DNA of 64,000 nucleotides from Octopus vulgaris (taxonomy: Eukaryota), in contig OX597822.1 of the NCBI GenBank assembly GCA_951406725.2, positions 116,002,001 through 116,066,000 on the forward strand. Reading direction: 5' to 3'. The notes beneath the pieces were generated by a model. The model was not told the DNA's origin. It was given only the letters and a program-made list of their open reading frames with translations, and did not search any database. Shown piece by piece: positions 1 through 11,766 of the stretch. The translations under genes were made by a program, and so were the position numbers. The number at the start of each line of letters is the position of its first letter. Within the stretch, counting starts at the first letter, position 1.

Positions 1-573
1 GAGCTTACTCCCACAGCTGTCTCTCCATTTGTGCACATTTCAGAAGGTGGTGGATTCCCTTTCACCTCTACCTCCAAATACCTAACAAACTTTTGGCATT
101 AACAGATAAACTTCCCACACTATTAGTTTATTAAATCAAGGGTTTATCATTGCCATCTCACAGGAATGGTTTATTTTGAGAAATAGCAGCCAAATCTCTC
201 TCAAACCACATCCTTCTGTATGTCAAGAAAGATCAAGAAAGATAAAAGAAAACCGAGAAACAAATAAACTAAAGAGTTGTCAGGAAAGGAAAGGTTTAGA
301 AATACTTTTGCATCAAAGCAAAATGTTTTCATCCTTTCTTCAGCCTACCTAAGCTTTCTTCTTCTTCTTCTGTCAGCCTCTCTCTCTCTCTCTCACTCAC
401 CCTCTCTCTCATAGTGGATTATTTAGAGAGAGTGATAGTGAATGAGAGATGCGTAAACAGAGGGAAAGAGGAAAATGCTAGTGATTTCAGCAGTATTGCT
501 GACATAAACAATTTGCTTCAAAACTCTTCTTGAACAATGTCCCAAATCAAACTCTAAGGCTTGAATAATGGTG

Positions 574-622
<49 letters not shown>

Positions 623-1132
623 TATTAACCAATACAACAAGCCTCTGATATCAGAAAACATGGGATGGTCACAACTTGAAGGCCTTTTTAACCATAGGTT
701 TATTCCATTAGGATTGATTGGGATTAAACAACAAGCACAACAACAACAATGAAACCAGTAAAGGAATACAAAACTGAATGAACCCAAATGGGATTATCAA
801 CGGTTTCCAAGTACAGAATTCCTTAAATAAAATCCTATATAAATAGCACCAACAACTGATGCGTATGTGATGTTCTCCAGGCATTAAAAACAGTGTCACA
901 TTAATGGAAGCCTCCTTTTAATAACTTAACACAAGCATGCTATAATTGTGCATACCTACATTGCCCAAAAGTAATGCAGGCAAGTCAAGTATATTCATTA
1001 TGTTAAACATAGTCATCGTACGCAAGGAAATTAGATAACATTTTAAATGACAGATGAATTTTACCTTCTAACAAGATTAAGATCAACAACTAAGCCAAAC
1101 AAAAAAAAAAGATAAAGTTAGTAAATTATGTA

Positions 1133-1521
1133 GGTGTAGGAGTGGCTGTGTGATAAGCAGCTTGCTTATGAACCACATGGTTCCAGGTTCAGTCCCACTG
1201 CATGGCACCTTGGGCAAGTGTCTTCTACTATAGCTTCAAGCCAACCAAAGCCTTGTGAGTGGATTTGGTAGGCAGAAACTGAAAGAAGCCCGTCGTATAT
1301 ATGTATATATGCTTGTGTGCCTGTGTTTGTCCCCCCAACATTGCTTGACAACTGATGATGGTGTGTTTACGTCCCCGTAACTTAGTGGTTCAGCAAAAGA
1401 GACCGATAGAATAAGTACTGGGCTTACAAAGAATAAGTCCTGGGGTCGATTTGCTTGACTAAAGGCGGTGCTCCAGCATGGCCACAGTCAAATGACTGAA
1501 ACAAATAAAAGAGTAAAGAGT
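1133..1521 (+). mobile_element. tRNA-derived SINE (family A), full length
   Basis: tRNA-like head with A-box TGGCTGTGTG and B-box GGTTCAGTCCC, a CCTTGGGCAAGTGTCTTC core, an internal TA/TG microsatellite and the tail GGTGCTCCAGCATGGCC-CAGTCAAATGACTG-AAAC. Near-identical copies at 2161-2547(-), 10108(+), 11767(+) and 41603-41987(-). Confidence 0.9.
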
Positions 1522-1684
1522 ACCCAACAACAGTGTTTTCCTATCTAATGCACGTTTTTATGTATGTAAGCATCCGTGACGGAGACCCCTACATGGCAGG
1601 ATCCCCTGAAATAAAATATCCTCATCGTTTTAAGGTCCACTTTTCTAAGCTTGTATGGGTTAGATGAAATTCATTAGGGCAGCA

Positions 1685-1843
1685 GAGTTCCACCAGTTTC
1701 TATGTACAAATTCACTCAGAAAGCATAAACCAACCTGAAGCTACGGAAGGAGATACAAGCTGAAAACGTTGTGTATAGGGACTGAGCTTGAAACCATGGG
1801 GCTGGTTGCAAAATGAACTTCTTAATAAAGCCATGCCTGCATC
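1685..1843 (-). mobile_element. degenerate family A SINE, 5' half
   Basis: Diverged match to the reverse complement of the family A head and core (cagtttctatgtacaaattcactca...gggactgagcttgaaacc). Confidence 0.6.
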
Positions 1844-1846
1844 TAT

Positions 1847-1881
<35 letters not shown>

Positions 1882-1884
<3 letters not shown>

Positions 1885-2130
1885 GGCACATGGCTTAGTG
1901 GTTAAGGTGGTGCACTCACAATTGCAAGATCAGGGTTTGATTCCCAGACCCAGGCATTGCATTGTGTTCTTGAGCAAAGCACTTCATTTCATGTTGCTCT
2001 GCAACAATTTCCACATTTGACATGTGGCACCTGTTGCACTTGTACAGGTAATGGAGTTAGCTTAAGTCTACACAAACATTTTGGTCACTATAAACAAATC
2101 CTTTGTGTGGTTGTTTGGTAAGAAATTGTT
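1882..2130 (+). mobile_element. tRNA-derived SINE (family B)
   Basis: Head gaaggcacatggcttagtggttaag...gggtttgattccc followed by gtgttcttgagcaaagcacttcatttc. The same head occurs at 24378(-) and 30234(-). Confidence 0.75.
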
Positions 2131-2160
2131 GAACCCTCATATGTCACCTAACAACACAAG

Positions 2161-2547
2161 AGTTTCTTTTACTTGTTTCAGTCATTTGACTGCGGCCATG
2201 CTGGAGCACCGCCTTAAGTCGAACAAATCAACCCCAGGACTTATTCTTTGTAAGCCTAGTACTTATTCTACCGGTCTCTTTTGCTGAACCGCTAAGTTAC
2301 ATGGACGTAAACACACCAGCACTGGTTGTCAAGCGATGTTGGAGGGACAAACACAGACACACATATGTATACATATATATACTACGACGGGCTTCTTTCA
2401 GTTTCCGCCAACAAAATCCACTCACAAGGCTTTGGCCGACCCGAGGCTATAGTAGAAGACACTTGCCCAAGGTGCCACGCAGTGGGAGTGAACCCGGAAC
2501 CATGTGGTTTGTAAGCAAGCTACTTACCACACAGCCACTCCTGCACC
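2161..2547 (-). mobile_element. family A SINE, full length
   Basis: Reverse-complement copy of 1133-1521 with many CpGs retained, suggesting a younger insertion. Confidence 0.9.
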
Positions 2548-2592
2548 TATATATAGTCCATCATATATATATATATAACATGCCAGTGCCAT

Positions 2593-2628
<36 letters not shown>

Positions 2629-2649
2629 CACACACACATATGTACACAA

Positions 2650-2917
2650 CATGTGAGCGCCATGGTAAAAGCACCCATGCTGGTACCATGGTAAAAGAAG
2701 CACCTGTTCTGGTGCCATGTAAAAGAGCCTCTATTCTGGTACTATGTAAAAATCATCCAGTATGCTCTGTAAAATAATTCACATTAGAAAGGACATCCGC
2801 CCATAGAAACCACGCGACAAAAGACGAGTGAAGCCTAGTGCAACTTTCCAGATAGCCAGTTCCTGTCAAACCATCCAAACCATGGAAAATAGACATTAAA
2901 TAATGATGATGATGATT
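2650..2917 (+). mobile_element. old RTE-tail-related element with about 25-bp tandem units
   Basis: Repeats of (gc)tggtgccatgtaaaagagcacc, then a degenerate ttagaaaggacatccgcccatagaaa and a catggaaaatagacattaaat(gat)n tail like the RTE 3' end. Confidence 0.65.
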
Positions 2918-3399
2918 ATATATATATATATAAATATATATATATACATATATATATAAATATATATTGCAGACAAGAAGTAATCTTTCTGTTGTTTTAC
3001 ATGGTTATACTTTGTTCGAAATATCACTTTCATGTCTGTAAAATATAAAGTACATTCAACACTTCCAAATAAAAGCTTGTTTACAAAATGTTGCTACATA
3101 TATATATATATAAATTAAAGAATGTAAATTTAATCATATTAATGAATGTATTTTTATTCCACTCACTAATAATAAAAAAAAAAACTGGCAAAACAATTAT
3201 CTCCTTTGCCATAGAAAACAGCCAATTAACTGAGAGATTACTTTGATATAAAAGTTCTGACCAAGCAACTGTAAAACACTAACAATGAGTGACAACGGCT
3301 GCAAGTGTACACATGCAGTAGATTGATGCCTGAACTTATGTGTAAAGGAATAAATAGTTCACTAGAAATGACTGGGGGGTTAAATGTCATTGCCAAGGA

Positions 3400-3645
3400 A
3401 CCAATGGATGTTTGTGATACAAATGTTTCTGATTCAGGCACAAGGCCAGAAATTTTGAGGAGATGAGGAGAAGTAGTTGATGCCATCAATCCCAGAACTT
3501 GACTGATACTTTATTTCACTGACCACACCAAAACAGGGTGGAAAGCAAAGTTGACCTCAGCAGGATTTGAACTCAGAACGTAAAGAACCAGAACAAATAC
3601 TGGAAAGCAACATACTAGTAACTCTCTGCCAGCTCACCTGGTGGT
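3400..3645 (-). mobile_element. degenerate family C SINE (Nin-like domain)
   Basis: Diverged reverse-complement match to 14805-15037 (gcaaagttgacctcagcaggatttgaactcagaac...tctgccagctcacc). Confidence 0.7.
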
Positions 3646-3739
3646 TGAGATTGCAGGACAAAAGGTGACATTGGCAATGTTTGCAGAAAGACAAAAAGTT
3701 TAGATTATTCTCAACTTTTTCCACATGTATATAAATTCT

Positions 3740-4341
3740 GACCGTCGAACGTTGGGTCTCACAGAAGGCAATGATGAAAGACCGAGACCTCTGGAGATAT
3801 GCTGTGACTGCAAAGACCCAACAAATAACCTGAGTTCACGGCTGTTTCCTACACCAGCTTCACATAGAAGCCCCAGCCCATCCAAAGTGCCTTGGAACAC
3901 AGGATGGCCTGCTGTGCTTACCTTGGATCGTAGGGTGACCTGCTGTGCTTGAAGAGATCTAATGAGTCAAGTACATCAACATCAAAAATCAAATGGAAAT
4001 TGTAGTTGTGATACCTGTGCCAGTGGGACATAAAAAGCACCATCTGAACGTGGCCAATGCCAGCGCCACCTTGACTGGCTTCCGTACCGGTAGCACGTAA
4101 AAAGCACCAACCAATTGCAGCTGCTGCCAGACTCCCCTGGCACCTGTGCCATGGCACGTAAAAAGCACCCACTACACTCACGGAGTGGTTGGCGTTAGGA
4201 AGGGGAATCCAGCTGTAGAAACTCTGCCAGATCAGACTGGAGCCTGATGCAGCACCTGGATTCCCAGACCCTGGTTGAACTGTCCAACCCATTCTAGGAT
4301 GGAAAACGGACGTTAAACGATGATGATGATGATGATGATGA
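3740..4341 (+). mobile_element. RTE LINE 3' fragment (ORF end plus 3' UTR)
   Basis: Encodes DRRTLGLTE, matching the RTE C-terminus at 36013-36106. Carries three ggcacgtaaaaagcacc units and the tail ggaaaacggacgttaaac(gat)n. Confidence 0.9.
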
Positions 4342-4375
4342 TTTACTACCGCTGCTATTTCTCCATCTCTTATAC

Positions 4376-4632
4376 CAACAGCCCCCAATCGTTTCTGCAC
4401 CAGGGACCAGTTTCATACAAGACAAATTTTACCACTGACTGGCGGATCACACACACAACAAAACATAACAAAGTGCATAATATATAATTTAATCATTACG
4501 TATATAATACAAAAATACAAAAACACGCTACAGACTGCAATAGTCAATAAAATAGAAATAGAATTTATCTGTCTGTGGGGTCCGGTACCAAATGATCCAC
4601 AGCCCAGTACTAATTCATGGCTCAGTAGCTGA
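4376..4632. mobile_element. hAT (Charlie/MER1-like) MITE, decayed
   Basis: 5' end ccccaatcgtttctgcaccagggaccagtttcatacaagacaaatttt and 3' end gtccggtaccaaatgatccacagcccagtac resemble MER1/Charlie3-type subterminal sequence as I recall it. Confidence 0.6.
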
Positions 4633-4716
4633 GTCTTATATTACGTATGAACTGTAAACAATAACACCTTTATCATAAAGAAATACTTTCATTGTATACC
4701 TCCCTATATTCCTTAC

Positions 4717-4797
4717 TCTTTCTTCCTCTAAAGTTAATAATAATGTAATTTGATGCATCAGAAATCAACTGCTTCATACTGATGATGTCCAGCAAGG
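4717..4797 (-). other. candidate exon (81 nt, phase-symmetric)
   Basis: Minus-strand gttatttcag acceptor and gtaagg donor. One open frame, LLDIISMKQLISDASNYIIINFRGRK, with no recognised homology. Confidence 0.3.
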
Positions 4798-6698
4798 CTG
4801 AAATAACACCAATGCAAACACTAACGAAATCTATGATGAGAAGAAAATTTTAATGAATGAAAATTCAGTCACATTAATGAATGTAGGTTTTATTCCTCCC
4901 ACTGACACCCAAAAGGAAAAAAAAAAAGGATTGGCAAATGATTCTCTCCCTTGGCAAAGAGGAGAACAGCCAATCGATCGAAGGATTATAGAGATACAAA
5001 TATTCCAGTTATAGAGACGAAAATGGGGGGGGGTGTTAGAAAATAATTATAAAGTATATAAATATTTAAGAAGTAATTAGATCTATGCGTGTTAGAAAAC
5101 ATGGTAGAGCTGCATAAATGTAATGAATTATACAATATGAAGAATCACACACCTCAATGAGATTCAATAGAAGAAACACAATTTGTATTATGTATTTATG
5201 ACTTGATACGGTTCAATAATAGACTTAAAAGAGAATTAAAAATAAGATTAATAGCATGATACCATGTAAAATCATAAATCATAAGTGATGGAAAGTAAAG
5301 TGAAGCAAAAACAATACATTGATGATGCAAAGATGAACACATCAGAGAGTGAGATATCTGAGACTCAACAATGTCAGTTGAATATTATCCAAGACATTTT
5401 TTAAAATATGGACAATTTTACCTCTCAACCTTTGATCTTACTCACTCTATATTATCCTGCTTACTTATAATCCTTACATGTAACTCTTTTTCACTGCCAC
5501 CAGCTGTAGCAAATTAATAATTTTCTGATAAAAAGAAAAAAGGGATTTAAATGCAAAGGAAACAATTTTCCATGCATTTTGTTTGTTTTTTTTTATCACT
5601 TTTCTATCAAAATTAATTGCAGGTTGGGCTTCAGAAATCCAGATAGTGCCTAAGGTACCAAAGATACAAACATCTAAATTGATTGATATGCAAAGACAAA
5701 GTCTAATTCTCTGTAATATATTTTGCAAGATGAGTCATGACTTGTGACTCTATTTGAGATCAAATATATTTGCATCAGTCACAGAAATACCACATTCTTT
5801 CCCAGCAACCTGGGAAAATCCTGCTTAGAAAAATTATGTGCAAAAAGTTATTCACCAAACACTGTAACTGCATTATCACTGCTAGCATTTCAATGGAGAT
5901 GTTGGTTAACATTATGATGATTTGTCCAGACTACATGAAGTCTGAGGATATTGTACGAAGAATGAGGAGCAGCGATCCAAGCTCCTAAGATTTCTTTTAT
6001 GCAAATGATCTGTCTGCAATACTAACTACAGATGACACAAGCCAAATAGTCTGTATGTTCAAGAAACAGGACCAGTTATTGCTTATGAACACCAAGGAGT
6101 TTCCTGGCGAAGACTCTACCACTCAACATAAACTAATGGTCGACACATAACCTAAAGCGCCCAACAGACTCATCGACATGAGATTGAGACGTAACATAGA
6201 CGACGACCTGCTGTGAGCAACAGAGCAGAAAAACATAGCTGTGACTGGAGCAAGGTTCCACCCAGATGGAAGGTAACATGATAGCGAAACAATATGGTAG
6301 ACAAACCCACAGAAGTTAAGGGACTAGCCTAGGCAGAGAAGAGTTAAGGTGGGAGCAAAGAGCAATACCAAGTAACTGCATGAGAAGTTAAACGTCAGAT
6401 GTATTTAGTAAGAGAAGTTAAAAGTAAGAGATTTGCAATAGGAAGTTTTCTAAATGGCAAATCACTTTACCAGAGAGAATTGAAATGTAGGAGGAGAGCG
6501 GTGTGTCAGAATAATTGCAGGGCACCAGCTCTCACTGGTACCAAAGCAGCAGAGATGTGCAACTAGAGGAGGACCTACCAAGCACATTCAACAGAGGTTT
6601 GGCCATTGAGGCTAACAGAAAGTGTGATTAAGGCTTGAAAATGAAATGAAGGATGGAAGGCAGGCAGACCATCGTGTTTAGGGACAGAAACTGAAATA

Positions 6699-6926
6699 CA
6701 GGAATCCCTCACCATTCCGTGGTTCACCTATCACAGTTTATTATTTACACTTACGTTCATTCCTCTGGGGTGTTGTTTTGCATTTATAATAAAACAAAAT
6801 TATTAACAAATTATAAAAATAATTAAAAAATATATATACAATACAGTACTGTTTCTACTTTGCGGATTTTCACCTACAGCAGGGTGGTTTTGGATGATAA
6901 CACCCACGACAGTGGAGAGATTACTG
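6699..6926. mobile_element. Tc1/mariner (Tigger/pogo-like) MITE
   Basis: Imperfect TIRs caggaatccctcac / gtggagagattactg, TA on the left, AT-rich interior. Confidence 0.65.
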
Positions 6927-7539
6927 CACTAAAAATACCTGGTCAAGTAGGATTCATGCAAAGTCAATTAGGTAATACAGGTGAGTGTCACTTTGACTGG
7001 CAAAGCAGTTTTTCTTAACAGCTGGTGCAAAACGAAATGAGCTGCTCCAGAAAGAAGCAACTTTAGGGACATCAAATTTTTGGACCAAGTTACAAAAGCA
7101 ACATAAAGAGTTATAAGCACATCTAATTCAGTAAAACATTAGCTTAGATTTATATGTAATTCAGATTTGAGTCAGGACAAGGTACAACTAATACTCGTTT
7201 TCTAATGAGACAACTGCTAAAGTTCATAGCTAAGAAGAGCAAGCCACTATATAAAGATAATCTGGAGAAGGCCTTGTCAGAGTACCAATCTTTGTAATTT
7301 GGTGGTTGCTGAGAAAACTAGGAACAGGCAAAATGTTTTTTAGAACCAAGCAGAAATTAAACATGCAAGCAGATGCACATAAGGGGTTGGTTCTCAGCTG
7401 CATTCTGTTTATTATAGTTCTCCAAGATAAAACAGAGTAGTTTAACTCCAACACACAAGTGACATATCTGAATCAGTAAAAGATTTACAAAGAAAATTCT
7501 AAATTTGAAAGGAAGGCCTAGAATTAAGAGGTTTCAATA

Positions 7540-7810
7540 GAAACGTAGTAGAATCTTAAGTTTTAATTAGTTGGAATGAAGACAAGACCCAACTCTCAGA
7601 AGGAAAGTAGTCGCACTTGATATGCAAAAATGTGTAAGTAGGAATTCCATTCTAAGATATGGAAAAAGACATACTGGCAGAGGAGAGATTTTGTATGTAA
7701 GGGATGATGTTTGAGTACAAAGTGCAATGTTACATGAGAGCAAGACATAGGCTGTGAATGTGAAGGGTTTAGACAGGCTGGAAAGAGATGAGGAGAGCAT
7801 CATCTTCTGG
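7540..7810 (+). mobile_element. ancient RTE LINE relic
   Basis: Degenerate match to the RT C-terminal region (gcaatgttacatgagagcaagacataggctgtg, resembling AMLHGSETWAV). Confidence 0.5.
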
Positions 7811-9047
7811 ATATATCATTTTCTTACCAACAATCTTCATGTAACTATCAACCTCACTCTCTTCTGCTAGTCTCTCCTCTATCACCCTTTCACTCTGGTG
7901 ATCTTCCATCACTCACTCTTTTTATCTCTTGGGGTCAAAACAAACTCTCTAGTAGTCATAACAACATAACACGGAGAAGATTCTTTAGTTTTACCAGGTA
8001 CAAGACAATGTACCCCAGTACACTCTGTAAAGTGAGTGGTTAAGAAATGAATGGGGATAATGATGGAGTTGAGAGGACAAGGCAACTTCTCTAATGCTGG
8101 TTACATGATAAAATGCCAGCACATTTTATAAAGTCATAAAGTAACTGGCAAATGAATGGAGATAATTTGGGGCCAAGAGAACTCTTTGTCATACTGAGGG
8201 TGCCACAATAAAATGTACACAGTATTTTGTAAAGTGGAAGGTGATAGGAAAAGCATCTGGCCATAGAAAACATATCGAAAATGAGACATCTAAGCAAAGC
8301 TTGGCCACTAACCCAAGTAGGAAAGGAGAAACTTCAGATGAGGATTTGGCCCAAAATGACCTGTTCAACTCATGTCAGCATGGAAAAGCAGGTGTAAAAA
8401 TGATGATTTTATTGACAGTTTGGATCCTTTCTCAGTTGCTATTCGCAGCATCAACCATTATTATTTTTTACATAATTTTTAATTGCTTTGGGCAAGATGT
8501 CCCATTTTATTCAAAGTTACTACTTGCAAGATGGATTAAGGGACCACATCTCATTTGTGCATTTCATTAAAGCTTGGGTTCTATGGAAGGATGCCCTTCA
8601 TAACACCATCTACATAACAGAATGCAGTGGGATTATCTTACCATGGCACCAGCACTACAGGGTTGTCATAACCTCCCCAGCCTACATTTTCTACACTCAT
8701 TGTGAAACCACTTAATAGGGTGTATTGGGTACATTTCATCAAGTTACCAACGCTTGTAAGGGGGCGGGGACCTTGCACCCTGCAAGACAAAAGGATCCTC
8801 ACTGCTCAATATTGTCACCACTTGTTTCATGAACAATGGTCAATAAAATGTATAGAAAATAAGGCAATTGCAAAAGATGGACATGGGTGATGTTGAAGAA
8901 GTGGCCAGAGTATGAAAAGGAAAAACAGAGTGATTGGAAGACAGTATGACAGGGGAGGGGAATGAGGGAGGGAGAGAGAGAGAGAGAGAAAGAGATGTGT
9001 AGTTGTGAAAACGGTTGGAGGTAAGAGTGTGATGAATGTCAATGAGT

Positions 9048-9082
<35 letters not shown>

Positions 9083-9319
9083 GGGGTAGTATTTGCTGAT
9101 GAGAGAGAGAATAAGAGCTGTCTAGTCAGAATAAGAATGGCAGCTACAAACAGATCCAAAGCAATCACACATTATATTCAGAGGGACAAGGAAGTATGGA
9201 GAGATGTAGAAGGGATTTGCACAGGAAGAGATCTAAAGTTTTCCTTCATTAAATGGAGGGCAAAGAGTGCAGTGAACAAAAGCAAAAGGTTCAATGTCGA
9301 TGTATATGATAGATCCCAG

Positions 9320-9900
9320 CCTCTATCACAACCTGACAAACATTTCACCATGCTTTTCACAGGTGGTCAGACCTTCTCCAGCACAGCATACCTGCCAATC
9401 ATTACAGACCTTTATCAGCTCCTTTGTGAAATATCATTTTGAGATCAGCATTCACCAGTGCATCCCATATCTTTCTTGATCTCATTCTTCCTCAGATGCC
9501 ATTCACTTTCAGCAAACAACACATCCTTGTGTGGCTGCCATCCTCCACGTGCATCATATGTCTACATCATATGTGCAATCTCTTCTGCACACTACTGCTG
9601 ATTCCTCTTACGTTCAACATTTCTCTCAGCTCATTTGCACTCCATCATTAAAGTACATACATCACTATCACACTTTCAGTGGAGTACATTCCCTTATTTC
9701 TTTCTAATCTCACAAAACCTTTGTTTCCAGAGCCCAGGCCTCATTACTATACAGCATCAACTTTATACATAAGCCTCATAGTGTGTCCTTCACTGACAGG
9801 GAGAAGCCTTTTGTGGCCAGCAGAGCTAATAGCTTCTTGAACTATGTCCAAACTGTTCTTACTCTGAATGCTAGACTTTCACTTACCTCCATTGCTAATT
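9320..9900 (-). mobile_element. ancient RTE LINE relic
   Basis: Reverse complement degenerately matches the RTE ORF end (35560-36050), e.g. gagctattagctctgctggccacaaaaggcttctccct. Confidence 0.55.
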
Positions 9901-9975
9901 AGATCACCTAAATAACAGAAGCTTTTAGCTACTACATCAAGAGAGCCTTTGTAATAACATGATTTTATATATATG

Positions 9976-10094
9976 GCTTAAGGCCATATCACGTTGAAAG
10001 CACCGGTTCTCGGCCGATCACCAAAGTTAAGCAATGTCGAGCCTAGTTAGTACTTAGATGGGTGACCACTTGGGAAACCTAGGTGCTGTAAGCG
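9976..10094 (+). rRNA. 5S_rRNA: 5S rRNA, dispersed copy, probably a pseudogene
   Basis: 119 nt GCTTAAGGCCATATCACGTTGAAAGCACCGGTTCTC...AGTTAAGC...TTAGTACTTAGATGGGTGACCACTTGGGAAACCTAGGTGCTGTAAGC. The terminal helix GCTTA/TAAGC and the CCTAG/CTAGG helix pair. A T5 tract follows at 10102-10106. Several apparent CpG-decay substitutions. Confidence 0.92.
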
Positions 10095-10107
10095 TCATAC
10101 ATTTTTA

Positions 10108-10331
10108 GGCACAGGAGTGGCTGTGTGGTAAGTAGCTTGCTTACCAACCAGATGGTTCCGGGTTCAGTCCCACTGCATGGCACCTTGGGCAAGTGTCTTC
10201 TACTATAACCTCGGGCCAACCAAAGCCTTCTGAGTGGATTTGGTGAACGGAAGCTGAAAGAAGCCCGTCGTATATATGTATATATATATATATATGTGTG
10301 TGTCTGTGTTTGTCCCACCAACATCGCTTGA
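10108..10331 (+). mobile_element. family A SINE, 3'-truncated
   Basis: Head and core match 1133-1350. Starts 13 nt after the 5S copy. Confidence 0.9.
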
Positions 10332-10697
10332 CTTTTGGGAATAATAGTGAAGTCAATAATATTGACTCAGTCATTTAAATGGTTCTTGATTTTATCAGCC
10401 GAAGAAGGATGAAGGGCAAGGATGACCCTGGTAAGATTTTAACTCGTTCCTAATAAAGGCACACAATCAACATTTGAATTAGCCCCAGTATTTTAACTCC
10501 TGCTTCTTTTATTGACCCCAAAGGAAGAATGAAAAGGCCAAGTTTATCCTGAGAAGGTGCACATTTTAAATGTCAGCTAAGTATGGTTAAACCAAAGTGC
10601 ATCATCGTAAAGTGTCACGCCAGCAAGAGACATCCCTCTGCACGGTTGCTACAAAACACCAATGTACAACAGCACAGCAGAGTACTGTTCATGTTAA

Positions 10698-11196
10698 TGG
10701 GATGAGGATGAAGCTGCTACACAAACATATCTCACTGCATCCTCTCAAAAAAAAGAAAAAGAAAAAGAAACAAAGAAAGAGAAAGTCATCTGATTTATTG
10801 AGAAATCTTCAATCATTAATACAATCCAGCAATGTGTTATATCTTGCTCTATTCCGGTTTTTTTTCATTCTTACTAGGAACCAGAAAGCTACGTACCATC
10901 TGCTACACCCACCTCTTCTCTTCATATGCCTCATTCCCTTAACCCTGCACTAAACAATAGCATAACTGCCGCACTCTGAAATCTTCTCTCCACCCATGTT
11001 TTCCCAAAGGACATCATCAAACAGTACAAGTTCAAGCTAAACAACAACTGCATTAACCTGTCTGGGGAATTTGAAAAGGTTAACGCTGTGGAAACTGCCC
11101 CTCCTCCAGAGGTTGAATATCAGCAGTGAGATGAGGAGGAAAACATTCATATCATGCATCCACAAGTGTACTCTACTAATTGTACATTTAAAATTA
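10698..11196 (+). pseudogene. decayed reading frame of unknown origin (possibly a TE ORF1)
   Basis: A single frame of about 165 codons of protein-like sequence, interrupted only by TGA (10791), TAG (10875), TGA (10977) and TGA (11127). Confidence 0.3.
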
Positions 11197-11766
11197 GTGT
11201 GTGTGCACGTGCGCGTGTGTGTGTGTGTGTGTGGTGTGTGTGTGCATAAGTATGTATACATTCACACAGCCTTTTAAAAGCTTCAGTCACTGAGCTGTGG
11301 TCATGCTGGGGTACAGACTTCTAGGATTTCGATCAAATGCATTGACCACAATACTTGCCCAGTATTTACTTTATCAGACTTGTAAGCTACAAAACCTAAT
11401 TCGACCTTGGATGTAAAGGTAGTTTCAAAATACCACACGGTATTACATTTTGTTTGATGCACCAATTCCACAATCCTTGACCAATGTACACACATACACA
11501 CACACTATATTATTAAAGAATACAGAGAAACTGAATCACCAGCTAGTCTTTAAAGAGAAAAATTGGTGCCACAAAAATAAGCACCCAGTACACTCTGGAA
11601 AGTGGTTGGCATGGAGAAGTGCATCCAGCTGTAGAAGCCATGTCAAGGCAGAGAATGGAGCTTGGCACAGTCTTCTGACTTGCCAGCTCCAGTCAATCTA
11701 CCCAGTCCATACCAGCATAGAAAACAGATGATGACAGTGATGACGATGATGAAGATGATATGTAGA

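Noticed and set aside
423-632. Minus-strand ORF LEFDLGHCSRRVLKQIVYV as a terminal exon joined to 4717-4797
   Set aside because: The phase is compatible, but the acceptor is weak, it sits beside a microsatellite and no homology is recognisable.
1133-1210. tRNA-like sequences here and at 1882, 10108, 14805, 24378, 30234 and 41987
   Set aside because: They are SINE heads: the cloverleaf is imperfect and each continues into a SINE body.
5316-5374. C/D-box snoRNA-like pattern (acattg, TGATGA, CTGA, caatgt)
   Set aside because: Too short, the D box is not adjacent to the terminal stem, and I recognise no rRNA guide.
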